Below are positions 1 to 8,137 of a stretch of 64,000 nt of DNA, one piece after another; positions within the stretch are counted from its first letter, which is position 1; every line of letters begins with the position of its first letter. The stretch lies in the NCBI GenBank assembly GCA_004555705.1, contig SFHI01000001.1, positions 131-64,130 on the forward strand, given 5' to 3'. This stretch comes from Clostridiales bacterium (GTDB lineage: Bacteria; Bacillota; Clostridia; Oscillospirales; Oscillospiraceae). The notes below the pieces were generated by a model, which was not told where the DNA came from, searched no databases, and saw only the letters and a program-made list of their open reading frames with translations. The position numbers and the translations under genes were made by a program.

Positions 1-45
1 CCGAATTCTGACGATAACCACACTTCATCTATAGGGGATGCGAAT

Positions 46-723
46 ATGGTTCATATCATTCACACGGTACCCAGATGTCCGGACGATATCCTGGACGGCT
101 TCCGGGAGCAGGCCTCCGCCACGGTTCATGAGGCCATGGGCCGGAAGGGCGCCCTGGACCCCGACATCAAGCCCATTGCCAAAGGCATGAAAGTGGTCGG
201 CAGAGCGCTGACCGTCAAATGCCACCCCGGCGACAATGTGATGCTTGTCAAGGCCATCAGCATGGCAAAGCAGGACGACGTGATCGTGGTCGACATGGGC
301 GGCCTGGTCAAGATTGGCCCCTTCGGAGAGGTTCTTGCGACGGAGTGCAAGGCAAAGAAAATGGGTGGCCTGGTCTTTAACTGCTCGGTGCGGGACAGCG
401 CGGAGATCACGGAAATGGGTCTGCCGGTTTTCTCCAATGGTCTGTGCATCCGGGGCACCGCCAAGGCGACCCTGGGCACCATCAATCATCCGATCAGCTG
501 CGGCGACCAGATCATCCGGCCCGGGGACATCATCCTGGGAGACGACGACGGCGTGGTGGTGGTCCCGCTGGAGGAGGCGGAAGCCGTGCTGGCGGCAAGC
601 CGGGCACGGGTTGCCAAGGAAGCGGGCTACATCCAGCGCCTGAAAAACGGCGAATCCGCTTTCGACCTTTACGGCTATCAGGCATTGCTGGACCGTCTGG
701 GCTGTGTGGAAGAATCGATTTGA
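46..723 (+). CDS. RraA-family / HMG-CHA aldolase-like protein (paralog 1, closest to LigK/GalC type)
   Basis: ATVHEAMG, G-x-A-L-T-V, PGDN, GEVLA, SVRD and PGDIILGDDDGVVVVP motifs of the RraA/HMG aldolase fold; AGGGG RBS. Confidence 0.85.
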   Translation: MVHIIHTVPRCPDDILDGFREQASATVHEAMGRKGALDPDIKPIAKGMKVVGRALTVKCHPGDNVMLVKAISMAKQDDVIVVDMGGLVKIGPFGEVLATECKAKKMGGLVFNCSVRDSAEITEMGLPVFSNGLCIRGTAKATLGTINHPISCGDQIIRPGDIILGDDDGVVVVPLEEAEAVLAASRARVAKEAGYIQRLKNGESAFDLYGYQALLDRLGCVEESI

Positions 724-741
724 GAATCAGGAGGAATCTGT

Positions 742-1410
742 ATGAACGAATTTGATCAGAAATACCGGGCGCGGTTTGAGAAGCTGTCCTCCACCAATCT
801 GTCCGACGCCATGGACGCGCTGGGCTTCCGGGGATACACCTTCGGCATCCGTCCCATGCAGGAAAAGTGGCGCAAGGTCGTGGGCCCCGCGGTGACCATG
901 CGGATGACCGCCGCCGGACAGACCCCGCAGAAAACCCATCTGGGCATGAACGCCATTTCCGCGGCCCGGCCCGGGGACGTGATTGTCATTGAGAACGGCG
1001 GTCGGATGGACAGCTCTTGCTGGGGGGGCGTCCTTGCCAATTCGGCAAAGACCAAGGGCCTGACCGCCACCCTGGTGGACGGCTGCGTCCGGGACCTGGA
1101 CGACTGCATCGACTGTGACTACCCCGTGTTTGCCCGGGGCACCGTGGTCTGCACCGCCCGGGGCCGGGTCATCGAGGCGGGCACCAACGAGATCATCAAT
1201 TTCGGCGGCGTTCAGGTGCGCCCCGGGGACATTGTCCTGGGCGACAGCAGCGGCGTAGTGGTGGTTCCCCAGGAGCGCATCGAGGAGGTGCTTGCCAAGG
1301 CGGAGCAGCTCTGGCAGAAGGAAGAGGACATGATTGCCGAGATTCGTTCCGGCGCGGACATCCTGGAAGTGGATGCCAAGTACAACTACAACAAAATGCT
1401 GGCCAAATAA
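742..1410 (+). CDS. RraA-family / HMG aldolase-like protein (paralog 2)
   Basis: LSDAMD, GPAVT, WGGVLA, DGCVRD, PGDIVLGDSSGVVVVP; AGGAGG RBS. Confidence 0.85.
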   Translation: MNEFDQKYRARFEKLSSTNLSDAMDALGFRGYTFGIRPMQEKWRKVVGPAVTMRMTAAGQTPQKTHLGMNAISAARPGDVIVIENGGRMDSSCWGGVLANSAKTKGLTATLVDGCVRDLDDCIDCDYPVFARGTVVCTARGRVIEAGTNEIINFGGVQVRPGDIVLGDSSGVVVVPQERIEEVLAKAEQLWQKEEDMIAEIRSGADILEVDAKYNYNKMLAK

Positions 1411-1427
1411 AGGAAGGGAGCAACACC

Positions 1428-2087
1428 ATGGAAAAGGAAGTTTTGGAGCTGGTCGCGCGTTTCCGGAAGCTGGATACCACGTCGATTTCCGACGCAATGG
1501 ATAAGCTGGGCATTCCGGGAGGACTTTTGGGGATCAAGGCCGTCAACCGGGGCACCCGGATCTGCGGCACCGCGTACACGGTGCACTACGTCCCCTGCGG
1601 ACAGATCAAGGGTACGGTGGGCGATTTCCTGGACGACGTGGAGCCCGGCCAGGTGGTGGTCATCGATAACGCCGGCCGGGAGTACTGCACCGTCTGGGGA
1701 GACATCATGTCCGTTACCGCGAAGCTAAAGGGCGTGGAGGGCACGCTGATCGACGGCGTCTGCCGGGACCTTCCCGTGCTGCTGGAGAGCGGCTATCCCG
1801 TATTCTCTAAGGGCTGGTACATGGTCACCGGCAAGGACCGGGTGCAGGTGGACGCGGTGCAGGTTCCCGTGGCGGTCTCCGGAATCCAGATTTGCCCCGG
1901 CGACATCATTGTGGGCGACGAGACCGGAGCCGTGGCGGTCCCCTATGCCCGGGCTGCGGAGGTTGCCGCCGTTGCCGAGAGCATCGAGGAAACCGAAGAA
2001 AAGATCATTGCGCTGGTAAAGCAGGGTGTCCCCCTGAAAGAAGCCCGGAAGCAGACCGGCTATCATCATCTGCAGACAAAAGTGTAA
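1428..2087 (+). CDS. RraA-family / HMG aldolase-like protein (paralog 3)
   Basis: ISDAMD, GTAYTV, WGDIMS, DGVCRD, PGDIIVGDETGAVAVP; GGGAG RBS. Confidence 0.85.
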   Translation: MEKEVLELVARFRKLDTTSISDAMDKLGIPGGLLGIKAVNRGTRICGTAYTVHYVPCGQIKGTVGDFLDDVEPGQVVVIDNAGREYCTVWGDIMSVTAKLKGVEGTLIDGVCRDLPVLLESGYPVFSKGWYMVTGKDRVQVDAVQVPVAVSGIQICPGDIIVGDETGAVAVPYARAAEVAAVAESIEETEEKIIALVKQGVPLKEARKQTGYHHLQTKV

Positions 2088-2098
2088 GGAGAACCGCG

Positions 2099-3523
2099 AT
2101 GACTGTATTGGAATTTGCAAAGGAAAAGGGCTACCACTTCGGACACCTGACCATCGGGCAGTGCATCGAGGCTGCCACCGCTCTGGATATGCGGGTGGGC
2201 GACGTGATCATTGAGGAGGACGCTGTTTTTGAGGGCATCCGCCGGGAAGCGGTCTGCGACGCCATGCACGCCGCGTTCGACCATAACTTAAAGGCCTGCG
2301 AGATCGGCCTGGAAAACGGGTACAGCAGCCTCCTGGGAAAGGTCGGTGCGGAACTGAACAACCCCGCTGACGGTGTCCGCATTGTGGACGACGCCTTCGT
2401 AAACCGGGTGGTTGTCTGTACGCTGGCCGCCCAGGTAGGCAACCATACCATCGGCCTGCGCCCCTGCGCCGGAACCGGGGATTCCTGCCCCTACACCGGC
2501 TTCGTCAAAGCGGTGATGGAGTTCTACCCCGATGACCCCGAGCTGCTGAACCGCTGCATGGCCGTCATGCTGAAGATCGGCGGAATGTACCGCATCGGCA
2601 AGTGCACCACCGGCTGCAACATGGAGGGCCTGGGGGCCGGAGCCTGCGCCACGGCAGCCGCCTTTGTGGAGCTGGCCGGAGGCACCCCCGCTCAGATGGA
2701 GACCGCCATGACTCTGGCCATCTCCCCCACCATCAGCGTTCCCTGCACCCCCCGGGTGCTGGCCCCCGGCCTGTGTGCAACCCACATCGGCGGTGGTGTC
2801 CTGATCGCCCGCCTGGCCAGCCAGCTGGCCATGTATACCACCATCCCCTGCGGCATTCCCGTGGATGTGATGATCGCCATGGCCGCCCAGTGCCACCTGG
2901 CCTCCGCCAAGCACATTGTGCCCGTCACCATCCGGTACATGGAGTCCTTCTTCAAGCGGGACAGCCGGGTGGAGGAATATGTGCAGCCCGAGGTTCTGGA
3001 GGCTGAGGCCCAGCGAAAGACAGAGGTAATCCATGCCGCCCTGGGCGAGGCCATGGACATGGCCGACCGGGCGAACCTGATTACGTCTCCCTTCGCGGAC
3101 GCCTGCGTGGGCGGAACCAGCGAGGGCGTGGGCTCTCCCACCAACTGCGCGCGGCTGGCCCATTTCCTGGCAAAGGGCCGGGTAACCAAGGTCCGGGTGG
3201 AGTTCTGCCCCGAGATGTTTGCCCGCCGCACCATCAATATGCCCGGCGTGCTTATGGCCGCGGTGAACGGCTGCGGCACGGACGATGCCAAGAGCTACGA
3301 AACCATTCTGGAAGAGGTCAAGGCCCGGGGCATCGAGGTGGAGGTTCTGGAGGTAGACGTACCCCAGCTGCAGAAGGTGACGGTATACGCCACCGAGCAG
3401 GATTCCTTTGTGGATAGCCTGAACCGTGCGGGGGCGCGGCTTGTTCTGCGGGATGCCTCCGCTCCCCGGGAGGAAGTGGAAGCGCTGGCAAAGAAGCTGA
3501 ACATCGTGATCATTGACCGATAA
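2099..3523 (+). CDS. Fe-S L-serine dehydratase-like protein (alpha-like domain first, beta-like domain C-terminal)
   Basis: ATG 2099 after AAGGAG; PCAGTGDSC, TGCNMEG, AAAFVELAGGTP, VPC..LC and IPVDVMI resemble SdaA alpha; C-terminal SPFADACVGGTS..ARLAH resembles SdaB beta. Confidence 0.6.
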   Translation: MTVLEFAKEKGYHFGHLTIGQCIEAATALDMRVGDVIIEEDAVFEGIRREAVCDAMHAAFDHNLKACEIGLENGYSSLLGKVGAELNNPADGVRIVDDAFVNRVVVCTLAAQVGNHTIGLRPCAGTGDSCPYTGFVKAVMEFYPDDPELLNRCMAVMLKIGGMYRIGKCTTGCNMEGLGAGACATAAAFVELAGGTPAQMETAMTLAISPTISVPCTPRVLAPGLCATHIGGGVLIARLASQLAMYTTIPCGIPVDVMIAMAAQCHLASAKHIVPVTIRYMESFFKRDSRVEEYVQPEVLEAEAQRKTEVIHAALGEAMDMADRANLITSPFADACVGGTSEGVGSPTNCARLAHFLAKGRVTKVRVEFCPEMFARRTINMPGVLMAAVNGCGTDDAKSYETILEEVKARGIEVEVLEVDVPQLQKVTVYATEQDSFVDSLNRAGARLVLRDASAPREEVEALAKKLNIVIIDR

Positions 3524-3526
3524 GCA

Positions 3527-3557
3527 AAACAGCCCCAGGCCGCGCCTGAGACTGTTT
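3527..3557 (-). terminator. Intrinsic terminator for the antisense lpdD-like gene
   Basis: On - strand AAACAGTCTCAGGC-GCG-GCCTGGGGCTGTTT pairs fully (two G:U) and runs into TTTTGCTT; on + strand the same positions are C:A mismatches. Confidence 0.6.
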
Positions 3558-3566
3558 CCCCCAACC

Positions 3567-3908
3567 CTATTGAGAAAGAACCGCAAGTATCTCTGCCAGA
3601 AGTGAATCGGCGGTTTCCAGAATCGCCCGGATTTGCGCCCTGTCCGCGTTGTCATAGTGGATTCCGCAGACAACGGTGGCATAGCCGGTTCGCCGGGAAA
3701 GGGTCTCCGCCCACCTTTGAGCGACCAACGCCTCCCGGTGGCCGGGGAACTCCCCGGTGCTGCACAGGCAGCCGTCTCTTGCCATGGATACGGCTCCCAC
3801 ATGGCGCGCATCGCCCCCGGTAAGCAGGACGAAGCATCCGCTGTCCAAAACCCGCAGCTCGGCGGTAATCTCTTTGTCAAATAAGGTTCGGCTGAATCGG
3901 TGTTCCAT
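3567..3908 (-). CDS. LpdD-like prenylated-flavin chaperone, 113 aa
   Basis: ATG 3908 with GGGAGG RBS; LTGG-x3-HVGAV, FPGHRE and VVCGIHYD motifs of LpdD-like proteins; UbiD and UbiX in same cluster. Confidence 0.7.
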   Translation of the reverse strand: MEHRFSRTLFDKEITAELRVLDSGCFVLLTGGDARHVGAVSMARDGCLCSTGEFPGHREALVAQRWAETLSRRTGYATVVCGIHYDNADRAQIRAILETADSLLAEILAVLSQ

Positions 3909-3954
3909 AACTGTCCTCCCAGGCGCTTTTCCGCGGGACAAGCCCCGCGCCCTA

Positions 3955-3983
3955 TTCATACCATATCGGGATGGATTTTGCAA
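3955..3983 (-). promoter_or_regulatory. Putative sigma-A promoter for the lpdD-like gene
   Basis: - strand TTGCAA-17 bp-TATGAA with TG at the extended -10 position. Confidence 0.45.
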
Positions 3984-4029
3984 GCGTGGGGGAAGAGAAT
4001 TCATTGAGATACAAGGAGGTTTCGTGTCC

Positions 4030-5268
4030 GTGAAAACCATGACACAAAAGATCCTCGAAGCAAAAACAGGCCGGCTTCTGCACCGGGGCGAGATCGGATT
4101 CGCCAAGGTGGACTGCATCATGACCCATGACGTTGGAACCGCCGGTGTGGTGCCCCTGATCGATCAGTTCGGAATTGAAGCCTTTCCGCCGGGAATGGAA
4201 GTAGTCACGATTCTGGATCATTTTGTCCCGGCCTGCTCCGCCAGCCATGCCAAAAGCCATGTGACGACGCGCGGCTTCGCCCGGCGGTGGCCCCAGGTGC
4301 ATTTCTATGAAGTCGGGCGGGGCGGAATCTGCCACCAGGTTATGCTGGAGGACGGCTTCGCCAAGGCCGGCGGCCTGGTGGTCGCCACGGACGCTCATGT
4401 CACCACCTACGGCGGCGCGGGCTGCCTGGGCCTGGGCGTGGGCGTGACGGATGTGGCCATGATCCTGAAAACCGGGAAAATCTGGCTGAAAATGCCCCAT
4501 GTAATCGGGATTCACCTGAAAGGGAGCCTCCGGGGCACGGCGGCGGCCAAGGACCTGGCCATCCGGGTACTGACGGATATCCCCTTCTCACAGCTGAACT
4601 ACAGCGTTGTGGAGTTCTTTGGGGATGGGGTATCCACCCTTTCCATAGACGACCGGTTCTGCCTGTGCAATATGCTCTCCGAGGGCGGCATCAAGAGCGC
4701 CCTGGTCGCCTGCGACCAGCGGACCTCAGACTTTATGGAGGCCCACGCCCGGGGGAGCTTCACCCCGGTTCAGCCGGACCCGGACGCCGAATATGACGCC
4801 CATTACGAGATTGACCTGACCTCCATCGAGCCCATGGTCGCCTGCCCCCACCACCCCACCAACGGCAAGCCCCTGCGGGAGCTTCCGCGAATTCCCATCG
4901 ACCAGGCGTTCATCGGCTCCTGCACCAACGGCCGGATTGAGGACCTGCGCATTGCGGCCCAAATCCTTCAGGGGAAACGGGTGCATCCCAATGTGCGGCT
5001 GGTCATCACCCCCGGCTCCCAGAAAGTGCTGAAGCAGGCCATCCGCGAGGGCCTGATCAACACATTTATTGAAGCGGGCGCCATGCTTACCAATCCCTCC
5101 TGCGGAGCCTGTATCGGCGCGTCCTCCCAGCTGGCCCCCGGGGAAGTGTGCGTAGCCACTTCCAACCGAAATTTCCAGGGCCGCATGGGAAGTGTGGAAG
5201 CCAGCATCTATCTGGCGTCTCCCGCCACGGTAGCCCACTCCGCAATCGCGGGGTACATCACCCAGTAG
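4030..5268 (+). CDS. 3-isopropylmalate dehydratase/homoaconitase large subunit family (LeuC-like)
   Basis: GTG 4030 after AGGAGG (alternative ATG 4039); DH, GICHQ, DAHVTT, GSCTNGR, CGAC (three Fe-S Cys), TSNRNFQGRMG, YLASP. Confidence 0.9.
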   Translation: MKTMTQKILEAKTGRLLHRGEIGFAKVDCIMTHDVGTAGVVPLIDQFGIEAFPPGMEVVTILDHFVPACSASHAKSHVTTRGFARRWPQVHFYEVGRGGICHQVMLEDGFAKAGGLVVATDAHVTTYGGAGCLGLGVGVTDVAMILKTGKIWLKMPHVIGIHLKGSLRGTAAAKDLAIRVLTDIPFSQLNYSVVEFFGDGVSTLSIDDRFCLCNMLSEGGIKSALVACDQRTSDFMEAHARGSFTPVQPDPDAEYDAHYEIDLTSIEPMVACPHHPTNGKPLRELPRIPIDQAFIGSCTNGRIEDLRIAAQILQGKRVHPNVRLVITPGSQKVLKQAIREGLINTFIEAGAMLTNPSCGACIGASSQLAPGEVCVATSNRNFQGRMGSVEASIYLASPATVAHSAIAGYITQ

Positions 5269-5286
5269 GCGCAAGGAGGTACGGCG

Positions 5287-5802
5287 ATGGATTATATCAG
5301 ACGTGCGACGATTGGCTGCAGGCTGGGCGACCATATCAACACGGACATTATTTACCCGGCCAGATACCTGGTGCTGTTTGAACCGGAGGAGGTTCGCAGG
5401 CACCTGTTTGAGGACATCGCCCCGGAGCTGGCGGCACGGCTGGCCGGGAAAGCGGTTCTTGGCGGCGAGGACTTCGGCTGCGGCTCCGCACGGGAGCAGG
5501 GCCTGACGGCGCTGAAGTACGCGGATGTGGAACTGCTGGTCTGCAAGTCCTATTCCCGGGCGTTCTACCGCAACGGCATCAACAATGCGGTTCCCCTGTT
5601 TATTGCCGACTGCCCCGAGAGCCTGGAGGAGATCGGCAGCGAGGGCGATCTGCTGGAGGCGAATTTCACCTCCGGGGAACTGAAAAACCTGACCACCGGC
5701 GCTTCCTTCCGCTGCACGCCCACCTCCCGGTTCCTGATTGATGTGCTGGAGGCCGGCGGAATCTGGGCGTATTACCAGGCACATCCCGAGATTTACGAAT
5801 AG
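5287..5802 (+). CDS. 3-isopropylmalate dehydratase small subunit family (LeuD-like)
   Basis: INTDIIYP, FGCGSARE, SYSRAFYRNGIN, EAGG. Confidence 0.9.
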   Translation: MDYIRRATIGCRLGDHINTDIIYPARYLVLFEPEEVRRHLFEDIAPELAARLAGKAVLGGEDFGCGSAREQGLTALKYADVELLVCKSYSRAFYRNGINNAVPLFIADCPESLEEIGSEGDLLEANFTSGELKNLTTGASFRCTPTSRFLIDVLEAGGIWAYYQAHPEIYE

Positions 5803-5813
5803 GGGGAACGCAA

Positions 5814-6821
5814 ATGGCCTATACGATTGCACTGATGGAAGGCGACGGACTGGGCCCGGTAATCTGTGACCGGGCGGAGCAGATTTTTGAAGCCATCGGA
5901 AACCGGTTCGGCTTCGAGATTCACTGCACCAGGCTTCCCTTCGGGAAAAGCGCTCTGGATCAATACGGCTCCGCGCTTCCGGACCAAACGGTTATGGGAA
6001 TTCAGGAGGCCGACGGCGCGGTGTTTTTCGGCGTGGACCTGGAGCATATCACCGGTCCCTCCCCTGTGGGCGCCCTCCGGAAGAAGCTGAAGCTGACCGC
6101 GGAGGTCCGGGAGGTGCAGAGCCTGCCCAGCGGCTGGTGCTTCCGGCCGGATATCCGGATTGCCTTTGTGCGGGAAATCTCCCAGGGCTTTCTCAGCGAC
6201 CGAAACCTGTACGACGGCTGCGGCGAATGGATGACGGACGAGAATACCGCCATGAGCCTACGGGTCATCACCTATGATGCCAGCAGAAGCATCGCCCACC
6301 GGGCCTTCCGGTATGCCGAGCAGGAGCACATCGACCATGTGACCGCCATTCACAAGGTGGGCATTTTCAAAAAGACCTGCGGACTGTTCCTCAGCGCCTG
6401 CCGGGACGAGGCGGCTTACTGGCCGAACATCCGCTATGACGAAAAGGCGGCGGATGACGCCGCGGCGCAGATCATTTCCGACCCCACGTTTTTCGGTGTG
6501 GTGGTCACCACCAATATGTTCGGAGACATCCTCTCCGACGAAGCCGCCGCCCTGGTCTCCGGCCGGTGTGTGGGGGCGAACTACGGGGAGAACGCGGCGG
6601 TGTACATGAGCGTACATCACGGGGCGGATTGGGCGGAGCTGGAAGCCGACCGCTACGATCCGGTTCCCAGACTTCTGTGCCTGGTGCAGATTCTGAAGGA
6701 TTTGGGCCAGCACGAGGCGGCGGCATTCCTACGGCAGGCAGTTCTGGACTGCGCCCGGGATTCCACAAAAACAGGAACAGCATTTTTCCGGGAGCTGTTC
6801 TTGCAGATACAAGAAAGATAA
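5814..6821 (+). CDS. Isocitrate/isopropylmalate dehydrogenase family protein, divergent
   Basis: GDGLGP, LRKKL, VRE, HK, NMFGDILSDEAA present; canonical EPxHGSAPDIAG loop absent. Confidence 0.8.
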   Translation: MAYTIALMEGDGLGPVICDRAEQIFEAIGNRFGFEIHCTRLPFGKSALDQYGSALPDQTVMGIQEADGAVFFGVDLEHITGPSPVGALRKKLKLTAEVREVQSLPSGWCFRPDIRIAFVREISQGFLSDRNLYDGCGEWMTDENTAMSLRVITYDASRSIAHRAFRYAEQEHIDHVTAIHKVGIFKKTCGLFLSACRDEAAYWPNIRYDEKAADDAAAQIISDPTFFGVVVTTNMFGDILSDEAAALVSGRCVGANYGENAAVYMSVHHGADWAELEADRYDPVPRLLCLVQILKDLGQHEAAAFLRQAVLDCARDSTKTGTAFFRELFLQIQER

Positions 6822-6838
6822 TCAGGAGGATATGCTTT

Positions 6839-8137
6839 ATGGCAGATTTAACCACAAAACTCGGCCCGCTGACCCTGAAGAACCCGCTGGTTGCAGGCGG
6901 CGGTCCCCCCGCAGGCACGGTTCAGCATATCAAGAACTGTGTGGATTCCGGCCTGGGCGCCATCGTGACAAAGACCGCGTCCACAGTCTGGTACCTGCAG
7001 CGCTATCCCCGGCCCTACTACCGCCTGCTGGACTACAAGAAGGACCCCCAGCACCCCTATGACGATCCCAAGGATTATTTCTGGATGCACCGGGAGCACA
7101 ACTCCTGCTATGAGCCCATTCCCTTTGCGGAGATCATCCGCGAGGCAGCGCCCTACTGCAAGGAGCACGACTGCAAGCTCATCGGCAGCTTCTCCTGCAA
7201 GACCCTGGCCGAGTGGGAGCAGATTGCCAAGCTCTATACCGAGGCAGGCTGCGACGCTCTGGAACTGAACTTCTGCTGCCCCTTCCCTCCCGAGGGCCTG
7301 AGCAAGTCCGAGCAGGACAACCATGTGGGCATTTACTACACCATGCACCCCGAGGCCGCGGTGGAGGTGGTGGAGCATCTGAAGAAGATCATCCCCATTC
7401 CCCTGTTTGTAAAGATGAACCCCGACGGCAGCAATTTCGTGGGTGTTGCGAAGATGCTCTCCGACGCGGGCGCGGCCGGCGTGACCATGTTCGCGAACAA
7501 CAAGACCATGCGGGTGAACATCGAAACCGGCAAGCCCGAAATCTATGGCCCCGGCCCCGGCACCGGTACCGGCATGAAGCCCATCAGTATGCGCTGGGTC
7601 GCGGAGGTCGCCACCAACGTGCAGTGCGCGGTGATGGCCGGACGCGGCGCGGTGGATTGGTCCGACTGCATTGAGTTCATGATGGCCGGAGCTGACGCGG
7701 TGCAGTACTGCAGCCCCCTGATGATCCGGGGCCTGCGCTGTGTCCCCGAAATGCTGCGGGAGATCAACGCCTTCCTGGACCGCAAGGGCTACAAGCGCAT
7801 AGAGGATGTCAAGCACATCGCCCGCAAGCAGATTTACTCCAACCAGGACCTGGTGGACAAGGTCAAGCCCCTCTACGCCTCCGTGGACTATACCAAGTGC
7901 ATCGGCTGCGGACGCTGCCAGCACTCCTGCTTCTATGACGCCATCTCCTTCTCCCGCAAGGCGGTCATCCGGAAGAAGAACTGTGCGGGCTGTACGCTTT
8001 GCTCCCAGGTCTGCCCCGTGAACGCGATTTACATGACCGAGCGGGAGGATGACCGGTCCCACTTCCAGGCCCTGGCCTCCGCCCATCCCCATCTGGCCCC
8101 GGAGGGATTCTTCGATAAGGAGGGGGAAGATGCCTAA
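6839..8137 (+). CDS. PreA-like dihydropyrimidine/dihydroorotate dehydrogenase family FMN enzyme with C-terminal 2x[4Fe-4S] domain
   Basis: ATG 6839 after AGGAGG; LKNP, GAIVTKT, ELNFCCP, FVKM, EFMMAGADAVQ; CIGCGRCQHSC and CAGCTLCSQVCP. Confidence 0.8.
   Translation: MADLTTKLGPLTLKNPLVAGGGPPAGTVQHIKNCVDSGLGAIVTKTASTVWYLQRYPRPYYRLLDYKKDPQHPYDDPKDYFWMHREHNSCYEPIPFAEIIREAAPYCKEHDCKLIGSFSCKTLAEWEQIAKLYTEAGCDALELNFCCPFPPEGLSKSEQDNHVGIYYTMHPEAAVEVVEHLKKIIPIPLFVKMNPDGSNFVGVAKMLSDAGAAGVTMFANNKTMRVNIETGKPEIYGPGPGTGTGMKPISMRWVAEVATNVQCAVMAGRGAVDWSDCIEFMMAGADAVQYCSPLMIRGLRCVPEMLREINAFLDRKGYKRIEDVKHIARKQIYSNQDLVDKVKPLYASVDYTKCIGCGRCQHSCFYDAISFSRKAVIRKKNCAGCTLCSQVCPVNAIYMTEREDDRSHFQALASAHPHLAPEGFFDKEGEDA

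Noticed and set aside
46..2087. RraA proteins as RNase E regulators or MenG methyltransferases
   Set aside because: Catalytic R-D motifs and the metabolic context favour aldolase/decarboxylase function
1892..2098. Upstream extensions in the ORF track (also 3757, 6566, 8049, 9497, 13284, 33058 and several - strand genes)
   Set aside because: They overlap neighbouring genes or promoters; downstream starts have clear RBSs
4030..6821. leuCDB as a leucine biosynthesis operon
   Set aside because: No leuA or ilv genes, divergent LeuB motifs and a catabolic context, so leu symbols were not assigned
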